A DNA stretch of 64,000 nt from an uncultured virus (IMG/VR IMGVR_UViG_2821929668_000003). Lineage: Duplodnaviria; Heunggongvirae; Uroviricota; Caudoviricetes. The notes under the pieces were generated by a model, which searched no databases, was not told where the DNA came from, and saw nothing but the letters and a program-made list of their open reading frames with translations. The number at the start of each line of letters is the position of its first letter. Position 1 is the stretch's first letter. Both the position numbers and the translations under genes were made by a program. Below, in pieces: positions 30,855-42,202 of the stretch. Where the stretch lies: positions 1 to 64,000 of IMG/VR virus record IMGVR_UViG_2821929668_000003; one strand, 5' to 3'.

Positions 30855-32159
30855 TCATTTCTTTTTCTTCTTTTTACGTAATCCGAATATAATCGTGTTA
30901 ATAAAGTATCTCGTTTCGTCCATGTGATGGTCATTCTCTTTAAGTGGTTTATCCTCACCGCGTTGGATCGCTTTTTCATCCCATATATAAGAAGCAAACT
31001 CCTTAAACGTCTCAACGCAGCAATCGTTAAAGTATGCTCTGCCTGTATTAAGCGCTATACCAACGTTTCCAATTCCCTCTTTCACATTGTTACGAGCCTT
31101 ATATACTTTCCTCTTATTACGCATCAATACAGCGATAAACGAAGCAGCCGAGGGGTCAATTACTGTTCCTTTAATTGGCAAATCACCAACGAATTCTTCA
31201 TAGTCTTCGTAATATTCCTGGTCCGTTTTCTGCTTCTCCGTATCACGACCGCTATAATGGTACTCTTTGATTTTGTACCATACTTCTTTGCCACCATCTT
31301 CAATACATTTACCCCATAATCCATACGCCATAGCGTTCTGCGTACCATAGTCACAAGACACATAGTACTCGATATAATTACGATCAATAGACTCGACTTT
31401 GTGTATTTTGCCATCAAACATATCAAAGATAAGTCCAGAAGCAGCTGCCCATTCACCTTTGATATATCTGCGATAGAAAACACCACTATACATACGGTGA
31501 TATCTTCTTTTCGTCTTCTCATCTAATGACAAATTATCATCCATAGAGAATTTAAGGTGTAGTAGATTCTTTTCTTTCTTTTGATCCAACCACTTCTCTT
31601 TAAACCAGTGATACGGCCCTGCAGGGTTACAGTTGAACCACATCTTCGAACCAGTCACAGACAAACGGCCTGTTGCTTGGTTAACAAAACTTTGTACCAT
31701 AAGTGCCACTTCATCAAAAAACATGCCAGCGGCAGTAATTCCTTGGATCAAATCCTGGGAACTTTCATCTTTACCACCAAAAATATAAAAGAAGTTTGTC
31801 ACACCGTCTTTAGTAATAGTAAGCATATTCTCACTGCGGTGATCTTTAACCTTATACCCTCGAGACTTCAACATCTTCTTGAGCGGCGTTATAACGTTAC
31901 GACGATGCGAACCAATTGTTTTCCCGCACATACCGAAGTTCTCACCTTCGAATGACTCCATTGCCCACATAACATAGGAAAGAGCCATCGATACTGTTTT
32001 TCCGGCACGAATAGAACCATCGCAAATAATCCCGTCATAATCTTTAACGGGACTGTTAGGCTTCCACCAAGTTAATACCTTCAGCTGCTTCTTGGAGAAT
32101 GGTTTAAATTTAAAGGGAGCAGGTTTCTTTTTACGCTTCGGAATCGTCGTCATGATCAT
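30855..32159 (-). CDS. terL: Terminase large subunit (PBSX family)
   Basis: GSIRAGKT, FFDEV, CNP, DYG, DHHMD. Confidence 0.95.
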   Translation of the reverse strand: MIMTTIPKRKKKPAPFKFKPFSKKQLKVLTWWKPNSPVKDYDGIICDGSIRAGKTVSMALSYVMWAMESFEGENFGMCGKTIGSHRRNVITPLKKMLKSRGYKVKDHRSENMLTITKDGVTNFFYIFGGKDESSQDLIQGITAAGMFFDEVALMVQSFVNQATGRLSVTGSKMWFNCNPAGPYHWFKEKWLDQKKEKNLLHLKFSMDDNLSLDEKTKRRYHRMYSGVFYRRYIKGEWAAASGLIFDMFDGKIHKVESIDRNYIEYYVSCDYGTQNAMAYGLWGKCIEDGGKEVWYKIKEYHYSGRDTEKQKTDQEYYEDYEEFVGDLPIKGTVIDPSAASFIAVLMRNKRKVYKARNNVKEGIGNVGIALNTGRAYFNDCCVETFKEFASYIWDEKAIQRGEDKPLKENDHHMDETRYFINTIIFGLRKKKKKK

Positions 32160-32927
32160 CCCACACTTCCTCTACCTTTCCTTTTAGCGCCTCTTTGAAA
32201 CCATCGTCTTCATACTCTTCCCCATCTTCTCCCTTAATACGAGCAGTATCAGCTTTCGTTTTTTCAATGTTAACTTTCATCTGCTCTAACTTCAATCGTC
32301 TCTCATCATCAGCATTTGCTAACTTATCGAACCTCTCAATCATAGAGGATAACGCTGTCATAGCGCGCGAATAAGCTGTAAGTAAATTAGCTTGTTTATC
32401 CCATGCAAACTGCACTGTGTACGCGTCTCCATTCAGTGATTCGCTAATCATCTCTTTTGACATATCGTTTTGACTGCGAACATGCATAATACGTTGTGAA
32501 TTAAGGATATTGAAGTATTGCAGTTGAATAGAGTGGAATAGCATATCTAATTCATTATGATTTTGTATTTCATCTAGCAATTCCATTGCATGCGGATCGT
32601 CACTCGGGATTATCTTCCTAAACAATCCATGCGTCATAGCGTTATGGTTCCCTTTTGGCGGCCATGCCCTACTGCATTCTTGTTTCCATACTTAGGGTTC
32701 TTGTTTCCCGGATTACCCACTGCATTCTTATTGCCAATGGGTGCACCTGTTTTCTTGGTTTGGGTGCATCCTTTTTCAGCTTTTGGGTGCACCCCTTTTC
32801 GATTCCAGCCATGCCTTTTTCTCCAGGACTTAATTGTATTAATACTGACCTCATATTTCTCAGCCAATTCCTTATACTTCATACCTTGCATGTAATCTTC
32901 TTGAGCTAACTCGTGTTTTTGTTTCAC
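32131..32927 (-). pseudogene. terS: Terminase small subunit split by a 1-nt frameshift near 32660
   Basis: HTH plus GAP.GNKNA repeats in 32634..32927 continue as (A)[13 protein letters not shown] in the frame of 32131..32637. Confidence 0.8.
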
Positions 32928-33057
32928 TCCATATCACCCACCACCTTCTATATAATAGGAAGAAACTCGTCATAACTCTTCCTTATAGTAATTACTCTTT
33001 AAAATCCTTTTATTTAAATGTATAATTATATAAAAAGTTCTAAAAATTTGAATCGAG

Positions 33058-33267
33058 GTGAAAATCATGAGAAGTTTTAGTTCATTATTGATCTCTACTA
33101 TCTGTTCAGCAATCCTCTTAGTTTGTAGTTCCCTTTCTTTTTATAATGAATTCTCAACAGGACATACATACTACTGGATTTACGGTATCATAGCCTTGGT
33201 TTTCCTTCTATTCTTTATCTTAAACGTGCGAGATATCATCAAGAAAAACTATAGAACATCAGGATAA
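33058..33267 (+). CDS. Small membrane protein (moron)
   Basis: 2 TM segments, opposite strand to late operon. Confidence 0.65.
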   Translation: MKIMRSFSSLLISTICSAILLVCSSLSFYNEFSTGHTYYWIYGIIALVFLLFFILNVRDIIKKNYRTSG

Positions 33268-33273
33268 TAGGAG

Positions 33274-33504
33274 TTGATACATATGTGGAAAAAAATTAAG
33301 AATTATAGATTGAGCTTAAAAGATTTAAAGTTCATGTTATGGTTGTTCGGTATTACTTGTTTTATATACAGCTACAATTTCATTACAGGATTAGCTTTTG
33401 ACCACAAATTCCAAGTCTATGATTTAGGTGGCTCTATAGCGACATTCGCCGCATTTATGGATACTAAGAATAGGATTAAAAATAAGAATTATAAGACTGC
33501 GTAA
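33274..33504 (+). CDS. Small membrane protein (moron)
   Basis: 2 TM segments, RBS AGGAG, terminator follows. Confidence 0.65.
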   Translation: MIHMWKKIKNYRLSLKDLKFMLWLFGITCFIYSYNFITGLAFDHKFQVYDLGGSIATFAAFMDTKNRIKNKNYKTA

Positions 33505-33570
33505 TGTAAATGGGATCTTTCGGGATTCCTTTTTTCTATGCAAAATAAAAAAGCAGCGGATTCGCTACTT

Positions 33571-33885
33571 TCATTTCTTCCAATCTTTAAAGTCTTTATA
33601 TTTCTTTTTATAAACTTTTTCGCTTACATTATCATGCCACTTATTGTCTTTCTCATCTCTACCATCTTTGAAGTTGAACTCGCTTATATCACCGTTTACA
33701 TTTAGCCATTCTGGATTATTAAGAACATATCGATAAATAAACATCCTAGCTTTTTTTAATGAATCGAATTTTTCTTTAAATGGAATAAATTCATCATTTT
33801 TATATCTTATTACTTCATATACTCCATTTTCTTTATCTCCTCTTGTTTCGAAATACGGTTTAGTAAAACGATCCAACTTCTTCAT
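33571..33885 (-). CDS. Hypothetical protein
   Basis: ORF with RBS and terminator. Confidence 0.6.
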   Translation of the reverse strand: MKKLDRFTKPYFETRGDKENGVYEVIRYKNDEFIPFKEKFDSLKKARMFIYRYVLNNPEWLNVNGDISEFNFKDGRDEKDNKWHDNVSEKVYKKKYKDFKDWKK

Positions 33886-33958
33886 CTCTACATCCCCTTT
33901 CTAATTAGATTCATTATACAAAATAAAAGAGGCTAATTTAGAAAGGTTTCATACTTTT

Positions 33959-34543
33959 TTATAACAAACCTTGTTCTTTCGCTCTCTCATAAAGAACTGT
34001 ACGACTTACACCAGTAACTTCACATATCTTTTTTACTGTAAACTTATTCGTCTCTCGATTCGCAAGCAAATCTAAAGCATGTTCCATATTAGGATTATCA
34101 TCGTCATATTTCTTAGGGCGTCCTTTATAAACACCACGTTCTTTGGCTAGTTCAATCCCCTCTCTTTGTCGCATTCGAATCAGGTCACGCTCTAACTGAT
34201 TAACACCAGCCATGACAGTAAGTAGGAAAGTGCTGTATGGATTTTCACTTGTTGTATCTAACCAAGTATCTTTTATCGATTTAATCGATGCACCTTTTCC
34301 TTTAATTGTTTCTATAAGCTTGAATAAATCTTGAGTACTCCTACTAATTCGAGTTAAATCTGTAACGACGACTATATCACTTTCACACAAATTATCCAAC
34401 ATGCGTAGTAATTCTGATCTATCGGTTGTCGCCCCACTCGTTTTCTCCTCAAATATATAATCACATCCATAATTATTTAACTGTTTGAGTTGTCTTGCTA
34501 AGTTTTGTTCCTGTGTAGATACGCGAGCATACCCAAGAATCAT
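33959..34543 (-). CDS. Serine resolvase/invertase
   Basis: GYARVST, DLTRISR, GRP, C-terminal HTH. Confidence 0.95.
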   Translation of the reverse strand: MILGYARVSTQEQNLARQLKQLNNYGCDYIFEEKTSGATTDRSELLRMLDNLCESDIVVVTDLTRISRSTQDLFKLIETIKGKGASIKSIKDTWLDTTSENPYSTFLLTVMAGVNQLERDLIRMRQREGIELAKERGVYKGRPKKYDDDNPNMEHALDLLANRETNKFTVKKICEVTGVSRTVLYERAKEQGLL

Positions 34544-34554
34544 CTCATATCTCT

Positions 34555-34715
34555 CCTTCGTCCGTATAAGTGTCCGGAAATTAACTATAAGCCAATAATA
34601 CCATTGTTTTTCCGTACATGTAAACAGGACGTTAAGAGAGTTATATAATAAGGGTTTTAATTATGTCTGAAATGTGAACAGAATAAGTACCGAAAGAGTA
34701 GACCTAAACGGGATG
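34555..34715. promoter_or_regulatory. Probable res site upstream of the resolvase
   Basis: Repeated GTCCG/GTACA/GGAC half-sites in the intergenic region. Confidence 0.45.
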
Positions 34716-34843
34716 TTATTTTCAGCAAATGCAGAAAATAACTTTTCCATCAATTTAAATTTCATGCTATAATTTTATTGTAACGCTATGGAAGGTGACT
34801 GGATGCATCGCGTCCGATACTGTCACCCCAGAAAGTGATTTCA

Positions 34844-34957
34844 ATGAAGATTGACTTCAAGGTTAATATGGAATTTAGTTTCCATATGCCCAAAGAGTCC
34901 ATCGTGAGTTTAGTAGAGATAGCTCTACTAATCGCACAAGCATACCTGGGGCAATAG
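34844..34957 (+). CDS. 37-aa peptide with structured leader
   Basis: TGCTATAAT promoter, GGTGAC/GTCACC leader hairpin, terminator overlapping the stop. Confidence 0.4.
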   Translation: MKIDFKVNMEFSFHMPKESIVSLVEIALLIAQAYLGQ

Positions 34958-35097
34958 TCTCAGGTATTTTTTCGTTCGTTGTGTTCGTTTATTTTGTTAA
35001 TCCTTATCTTTCCTTAACAGCAAACAAGACGCTACCCAAATCACGGCAGCGCCTACGATAATTGCTATTGGTTTAATTAAACTTATTTATCCTCACG

Positions 35098-35325
35098 TCA
35101 TTTATTTCTTTGCTTCCATACCCCATTCTCTTTACGATAAGTATTCTTTCCATTCATGAAGTCAGCTGTATTACCAGGAATGCTATATTTCTTATTCTTT
35201 TTCTTAGCCTTCTTCTTCAGCCTCTTCTCTTCTTGAACAGCTTGCAAATCCGTCTTCCATTGTTTCAACAAATCCTTTTCACGTCGCATCGAATTTGTAC
35301 CTCTTAGAGTAAAATGTGCACCCAA
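35098..35325 (-). CDS. Small basic phage protein
   Basis: ORF track; Lys-rich; true start probably MRREK. Confidence 0.5.
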   Translation of the reverse strand: MGAHFTLRGTNSMRREKDLLKQWKTDLQAVQEEKRLKKKAKKKNKKYSIPGNTADFMNGKNTYRKENGVWKQRNK

Positions 35326-35570
35326 TAATTAGATTCTTCCTATTTATATACTCATTTAACCCAAATGTCCATTTTGTTCAAAATAAAAAGAGTACCCATC
35401 ATTAGGTACCCTTAAACAAATAAGTATGGCGCTCCAAGTTTCACCTCATATGATAACTCGTCCCACGAATTCATCATATGCTTGTCTTATTAGAATGTTC
35501 ACTAATTTAATGTGTAATTTCTATATAACAAAGAAAAAAGCACCCGTTGTGGATGCTTTTTTTCTACTTT

Positions 35571-35879
35571 TTATTCATTAAAAGGACGTAATTGTCGTTC
35601 ATTACAAACTTGACATTTATACCACGCTACTTGTCGATCATAAACTTCCGTTACACCGTTTTCATTTTCGATTCCTTCTTTCTGGTTTTCCCACTGCCCG
35701 ACCTGAATGCATCCATTTCCACAATACAAACATTTTTTCGTCTTCGATACCTTTGTTCCCCATTTATGAGGTGTACCAACACTCTTCAAATCACTTCCCC
35801 AATTTAATTCCCATTGTTTCTCTTGTTGATTTTCTTCCCCTGCTAATTTTCCAATATATTTACCTTCAAATTTACGCAT
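35571..35879 (-). CDS. Zinc-ribbon protein
   Basis: CLYC...CQVC; RBS and terminator. Confidence 0.6.
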   Translation of the reverse strand: MRKFEGKYIGKLAGEENQQEKQWELNWGSDLKSVGTPHKWGTKVSKTKKCLYCGNGCIQVGQWENQKEGIENENGVTEVYDRQVAWYKCQVCNERQLRPFNE

Positions 35880-35952
35880 TTCTCTTCGTTCCTCTCTGTA
35901 TTAAAGTTCCTTCCTTATTAATACAAGGGATTGCTGAATAAAAGTCAATAAC

Positions 35953-35981
35953 AAAATAAAAGCCATCACCGAAGTGACAGC
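35953..35981 (-). terminator. Intrinsic terminator with cUUCGg loop
   Basis: GCUGUCAC-UUCG-GUGAUGGC-UUUUAUUUU on minus strand. Confidence 0.85.
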
Positions 35982-36770
35982 TTTCAAGAGGATGGAGAAA
36001 CATTCACGAAAGGGGAATTTCGAAATGGATCAATTTAAAAGTAATGTTCTTACTCTTTTCCAAGCCACAGCATCATATAATTTTCTAGCTCTTATTAGCT
36101 ACGCGCTTTACGTTCGGTGACTGGGGGAAGACTAAGAATCTTCTCGTTTATACTCCGTGGAGCTGGTCAATACATCGGCTGTCGCATAGCCTTCACTGAC
36201 CCATAGTCTTTACACAATGTGATTATATCCAAGACGTATGTGTTTATTCCGACGCCTTGTTTGAACTAACGTATTTTCAAGGGGATGGAGAGGAGGCTCC
36301 ACTATATTAGCTCAAACAAAGAGTGGAGAGCTCTTTGCTTAACGAAAGATGTGAGTAATTCGTTAAAATTAATTGCCTGTTTAAATTGATGAAGAATCTC
36401 TTTATTCTTATTACTATTTAGAAACGCGTAATCATCCAATCATGGACCATCACCCCATTTCCATTTTCAAGAACAACATTAACAAAGAATAAGAAAGTTT
36501 ATGTTTACTATCAGCCCAGAGGACATGGCGGTCTCTGAGCTGAACACTAAACAGAATAGAAACAGCATGACGAATGCGAATCATCTCACACCCGCCACAC
36601 TGGAATATGTCATTGTTATACATTCATTGGTCTCTCCGTCTTAATACGGGTTCTTACCGCCTTGCCCGCACTACTATGCAGTATACGTTACCGTGATATT
36701 CTCCCATCAGAACGTTTCACTAATAGGTGTACTAATCCTCTTCGATATGTTGTTGTCAAAGGTCTTGTAC
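35953..36770 (-). ncRNA. Candidate ~800-nt structured late-leader RNA
   Basis: No credible ORF, many hairpins with minus-strand G-U pairs, bounded by the late promoter region and a terminator. Confidence 0.5.
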
Positions 36771-36935
36771 CTATACTTTACCGTCGATTTCATTTGCATA
36801 ATTCCCCTTATTTTATCGGTTTTTTGTCGATGTTTTTTATTCCATAAAAAAAGCACCCCAATTTTCATGAGATGCATCTTTCTTATAAAGAATCTTGCTA
36901 TTAAGTAAAACAAAAATATAACATTTCCTTAACGA

Positions 36936-37292
36936 TTATATCTTTGATTGAACTAGCTCATAAAATGAATTCACTTTTGATGGGGTAGAAAAATTATCAA
37001 ATACAATAAAATCATCACCGGAATTCATTGTTATTTTTTTGATAAAAGGGATACTAGACATCTCTAAAACTATATCATTTGTATGACTGAAGTTATTCAC
37101 CTCATTGTATGCATATTCCCATTTAAGGCCTTTTCCAAACATATAGTCAGCACAAAACAATAACTTTTTATTTGTAGCAGCTAGAATTCCAGATCTACTA
37201 ATATAACCAAGATTTATCGCACAATAAAGTGTAGAAATTACTTCTTCATTACTCTGTAAGTATCCTGTTACCGTTTCCAAGTTCGCCTTCAC
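36936..37292 (-). CDS. Bacterial PH-domain protein
   Basis: GILAATNKKLLF motif. Confidence 0.7.
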   Translation of the reverse strand: MKANLETVTGYLQSNEEVISTLYCAINLGYISRSGILAATNKKLLFCADYMFGKGLKWEYAYNEVNNFSHTNDIVLEMSSIPFIKKITMNSGDDFIVFDNFSTPSKVNSFYELVQSKI

Positions 37293-37401
37293 TAGTAATC
37301 CTCCATATTTTTAGTATTAAATTGTTAACAATATATATTCATTTTATTATATATTACATTTTAATACTAACACGAAAGCATTCCAACAAAACCCCTTATA
37401 T

Positions 37402-37788
37402 TCAAATCATCCCCAATGAAGTAGCAATCATTCGAATTGCATTTTTCTTTTTATTATAGAAATGATCTTTCTTCATTGTTAATTCAGTGTAGATAAAACT
37501 ATCCTTTAACTTCTCTCCATTCAAATACTTCATTTTAATAATCTCAGCCTCGTCATAGTCTAAAACGTACTGTAAAGCCTTATCGATCTGCTTGAACTTG
37601 ATATTGCTAATATGTCTCGTATCTCTAATCTCTGGAAACAAACTAATTCCTTCGTGTTTTAACTCCACTTCATTTTCAAAGCGAGTTTTCAATGCGCGGT
37701 ATTCCTTTAGTATTTTCGCTACCTCTTTCTGAACCTGTTTCTCTGTCTCTCTATCGATAGCTGGTAATAAAGTTAATTGTCTCTCCAT
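37402..37788 (-). CDS. ArpU family late transcriptional activator
   Basis: EIIKMKYL..FYNKKKNAI; position before packaging genes. Confidence 0.85.
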   Translation of the reverse strand: MERQLTLLPAIDRETEKQVQKEVAKILKEYRALKTRFENEVELKHEGISLFPEIRDTRHISNIKFKQIDKALQYVLDYDEAEIIKMKYLNGEKLKDSFIYTELTMKKDHFYNKKKNAIRMIATSLGMI

Positions 37789-37927
37789 GAAGGAATCCCC
37801 CTATTTCATATTTTGGTTTTTACATTTACATCAGGTACGTGAAATTTTATTGTTTCATTATTGAATAAGGGAACAGTGCGCATTAGCATAGCCCCCACCG
37901 TGCTATTGTGCATGGTTCCCTTATCCA

Positions 37928-38557
37928 TTAAGCCTTTAATAATTTACGTTTCTTAGTGGCCATCTTCTCTTTTGCTGCTTCGATATTATTCGCTACTCTC
38001 TTATGGTCCTGATCAAATTGAATCATGCTATCAAACATAACTGGAGTTACCGCTTCATCAATGTATTGTAAGTAATCCACTGGCGCTCGTTCTGTCTGCT
38101 CTACTAAGTATCCATAAATATCAAAGTCTGCTCTTGGTATAGACTTCTTGCCCTTTGGTTGATGAGACATCCTTACATAAGATTGAATGATTGATAGTGG
38201 TACTGCGAATACTGACTTATCCTTACTAAACTCTATAAGGAAGAAGCATATTGCTCCCATCTTTTCTGCTTTCTCCAGATAATCCAATTGATGCTGTGCA
38301 ATGTTCATTAAATCAAAACGTGTGTCCTTCTCTGTAGATTTAGCTTCAAACGCAATAGCTCGTCCCTTATACACGCCATCATAGTCTACTGTACTCTTAG
38401 CTTCATAGAATCCGTTTATTACTTGGCTTCCCTTACTCTTAATCACCTTCACAGGAGTCGGACGCTTGTTTATAAGCGCCACTCCACCTCTTTGATACAT
38501 TTCATTTGATAGATTGATAAGCATTTCAAATGCCATTCCACGATTTCCTAAAGTCAT
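37928..38557 (-). CDS. recU: Holliday junction resolvase RecU
   Basis: NRGMAFE, KRPTP, STVDYDG, FEAK, HQ. Confidence 0.92.
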   Translation of the reverse strand: MTLGNRGMAFEMLINLSNEMYQRGGVALINKRPTPVKVIKSKGSQVINGFYEAKSTVDYDGVYKGRAIAFEAKSTEKDTRFDLMNIAQHQLDYLEKAEKMGAICFFLIEFSKDKSVFAVPLSIIQSYVRMSHQPKGKKSIPRADFDIYGYLVEQTERAPVDYLQYIDEAVTPVMFDSMIQFDQDHKRVANNIEAAKEKMATKKRKLLKA

Positions 38558-38684
38558 TTTTAATTCCTCGCTCTCTATTTCAAATAATTATTTTATTTAT
38601 TTTTCACAACTAACATCCGAAATATCTTATAATTGTTATATACTGAACTAAATTAAATTAATAAATAAATTAGGAGTAAGTAAA

Positions 38685-38849
38685 ATGCCAGATTCACTAG
38701 AACTCATTCTTTTCATCCTTCTAGCAATTAGTGCTGTTGGCTATTTAACAAAAGAATTTAAAAAAACTAGGAAAAGAAAGCTTGGAATTTCACTAGAATT
38801 TTTAGTTCTTTTTTGGTCAATATGGAGAATATCGACTATCATAATCTAG
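38685..38849 (+). CDS. 54-aa membrane peptide (moron)
   Basis: AGGAG RBS; MPDSLELILFILLAISAVG... Confidence 0.55.
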   Translation: MPDSLELILFILLAISAVGYLTKEFKKTRKRKLGISLEFLVLFWSIWRISTIII

Positions 38850-39451
38850 TTTGTAAAATATAATACCCACTGAATAAAACTCAATATTCCGTCAATAATG
38901 TAAACAACCCATTTCTTAACCATATTCCATGATTGGAGCAGTTAGTTTTTGCTAACTGCTTTTTTCGTTCTGATTTTTCTACTCATTACATACATTTTTA
39001 ACGTGTTCATTTTGTTCACTGAGTTACCTCCTATCTGTAGAGCAGCCTAAACGGTTGCTCTTTTTCATTTTCTCCTTTACTACAAAATGGAATGTTTATA
39101 AAAAGCTTTCTCAACACCTAATCGATGGAAGTAATCTTCCTTTTATGGTAATGTGTTGGTAATCTCATAAAGGTTTAGTGTTTCATTAAAAGGACCCGTC
39201 CCCCTAATCGGGTCCTTTTAAGCGTTTTCGTTTAAAATATCAGCTCTAAGTAAATTGGATACATTTACCAGTATGTTTACCACCAAATTCATGTTAAAAT
39301 CCCTTGTGAGTACGACATAACTCGACCTTATGGAGCCCTGCATCCCTACTCGCAGGGCTCTTTTTTTATTTAAATTAACGCTTTTTCCTTACTCCTCAAC
39401 CAACTAAAACCGTGTTAAAATTAATCCATAATCTGTAAGGAGGTATATAAA

Positions 39452-39592
39452 ATGCTCTCACCGTACACATGTGTATCTTGTGATCAACCTCTCATACAAC
39501 ACGATGAACATTCGTTTATTCATTACTGCATTAATCCAAATTGTGAAGAAGCAAAACTGCACTTATCTCTGTTGAAAGAGATGGGGTTGTAA
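39452..39592 (+). CDS. 46-aa zinc-ribbon peptide
   Basis: AAGGAGG RBS; CVSC...CINPNC. Confidence 0.65.
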   Translation: MLSPYTCVSCDQPLIQHDEHSFIHYCINPNCEEAKLHLSLLKEMGL

Positions 39593-39700
39593 ACCCTATC
39601 TCCTTTTCTATTCAAATAACGATTTTGTTTAAATTCAACTTCAATCCACTTTGATAATGGTATAATCTGTATAATTCATTTTTCAAGAAAGGCTAAAACA

Positions 39701-39973
39701 ATGAGAAAATACTTTGGTTTCATTTCAATGTTTTTAACTGCATTCTTATTTTTCGGTTCATTTTCTAGATATATACACTTTGGTTCTTTAACTGGTATTT
39801 TTATACTATCTATCTCAATTGTTTTAGCTATTCTTGCTCCGAAAGGAGATACAGCGAAAAAAATCACTTTTGCTATTTTGATAATTTTAGGTATTTTAAT
39901 TGCTTGCGCATTAATTATTGGTGCTATTATTGGTGCAGGAATGGCTGAATCGCAACTACAACATTTGAAATAA
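39701..39973 (+). CDS. Small membrane protein
   Basis: 3 TM segments, TGGTATAAT promoter. Confidence 0.65.
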   Translation: MRKYFGFISMFLTAFLFFGSFSRYIHFGSLTGIFILSISIVLAILAPKGDTAKKITFAILIILGILIACALIIGAIIGAGMAESQLQHLK

Positions 39974-39986
39974 TTCTTTTTCTCTC

Positions 39987-40977
<991 letters not shown>

Positions 40978-41243
40978 AATTTTTACTCTTAAATTCATTC
41001 TGTCCCGCTCCTTATAAGTAACTTTTCAATTTCTCTTTCTGTTTCTTCAACACTTCCAAGGAAAGCTTCGTCTTCCGCTTCTCGTTATCCAATCCCACTA
41101 AGTGATATTCCATCTTACGAATTTCACTCTCTACTACTTGGAGTTCACTTTGCACCTGCACCAAAGTATCTTTTTTCATTACTTCCCTCCCTTTGCTTTG
41201 CTAATTAACTTCGTGATTTCATATACACCGTTCTCCATTTTCA

Positions 41244-41447
41244 TCATTCCGAATACACTCCTTTTATTAGATTCCACAACTCTTTTTCAGTCATCTCATA
41301 AAGTTGTCGCCCTGTCTTTTCTTCTTTATAAATTCCCTTTTGTAATAATACATCGATGTAGATTTGTTTCCTGTCCATGCTGCCTCCTAGCTTCTTTTCT
41401 TCGTAGCTCTCCTTATATATGAAGTCGCTGCCCTTTGTGGATTCCAT
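41244..41447 (-). CDS. FbpA-like small basic protein
   Basis: GIYK..GRQLYEMT..EL; true start probably MDRKQ. Confidence 0.6.
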   Translation of the reverse strand: MESTKGSDFIYKESYEEKKLGGSMDRKQIYIDVLLQKGIYKEEKTGRQLYEMTEKELWNLIKGVYSE

Positions 41448-41474
41448 CTATTTATCGTCATGGCGCTATGCCTC

Positions 41475-41738
41475 CTAATCCAAATTCTTGATTTCCTCTA
41501 AGGTTCTATCCGAAATATAAGTAGTAATGATTTGTATCTTTCCGTATTTCTTTTTAGCCATTTCTATAGCTGCGCCCTCGGACTTCGCCTCAAACCAACG
41601 AAGCTTCCACTTCTCGTCTTTATCGTAAAATTCTACTGAGTACGTCATAACGCTATTACTCTTCAAAAATCTTTCCGCTGTACTTGTTGCGCTATAATCA
41701 AAACTTCCGACTACATCCTCCAGTGTTAGTTGTTTCAT
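41475..41738 (-). CDS. Hypothetical phage protein
   Basis: Overlapping operon ORF. Confidence 0.65.
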   Translation of the reverse strand: MKQLTLEDVVGSFDYSATSTAERFLKSNSVMTYSVEFYDKDEKWKLRWFEAKSEGAAIEMAKKKYGKIQIITTYISDRTLEEIKNLD

Positions 41739-42022
41739 GCCCCTAACCCCATTGGACGAGATTTAATTTTGTTCTTATCTGCCTGATCCATGATTAATGC
41801 GGCGATTTCTAATTGATGCCTTCCTAGCTCTTTTGCTATTTCAAGAATATCTTTATCCTCATCCCACATTTCTCGTAATCGAATCACTTCACTTTCATCA
41901 AACAATAAGTCCAACTCTTCTAAAGCGATATATAAGTTACGACGCGATTTCTTCATGTACCTTCCCTGCTGCAACGCCATTGTGTAATTCTCCTTTTCCA
42001 AATCCGTTCCAAGCCGTGGCAT
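41735..42022 (-). CDS. HTH-containing phage protein
   Basis: ILEIAKELGRHQLEI. Confidence 0.65.
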   Translation of the reverse strand: MPRLGTDLEKENYTMALQQGRYMKKSRRNLYIALEELDLLFDESEVIRLREMWDEDKDILEIAKELGRHQLEIAALIMDQADKNKIKSRPMGLGA

Positions 42023-42200
42023 CCCATTTCCCCTCCAGTTGTAATTGATGAATTTCTCTTAGCTCCGCCATAACGGCATGACGTCTTCTATCCACTTCTT
42101 CAGGACTGCGATTCCCAGCTTCGCAAATACACGGTGCAAATTGATAGCAGCCATTACCCATATCGTTCTGAATTACTCCTGTTTCGTTACATGCACACAT
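41937..42200 (-). CDS. Cys-rich hypothetical phage protein
   Basis: CACNETG...PCIC, follows the helicase loader. Confidence 0.55.
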   Translation of the reverse strand: MCACNETGVIQNDMGNGCYQFAPCICEAGNRSPEEVDRRRHAVMAELREIHQLQLEGKWDATAWNGFGKGELHNGVAAGKVHEEIAS

Positions 42201-42202
42201 CT

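Noticed and set aside
14582..32909. Many opposite-strand or alternative-frame ORFs inside structural genes
   Set aside because: Shadow ORFs of long genes, with no RBS or motifs
36662..36913. Three overlapping 61-71 aa ORFs at the late promoter
   Set aside because: Mutually overlapping, cross a terminator and promoter, no convincing RBS
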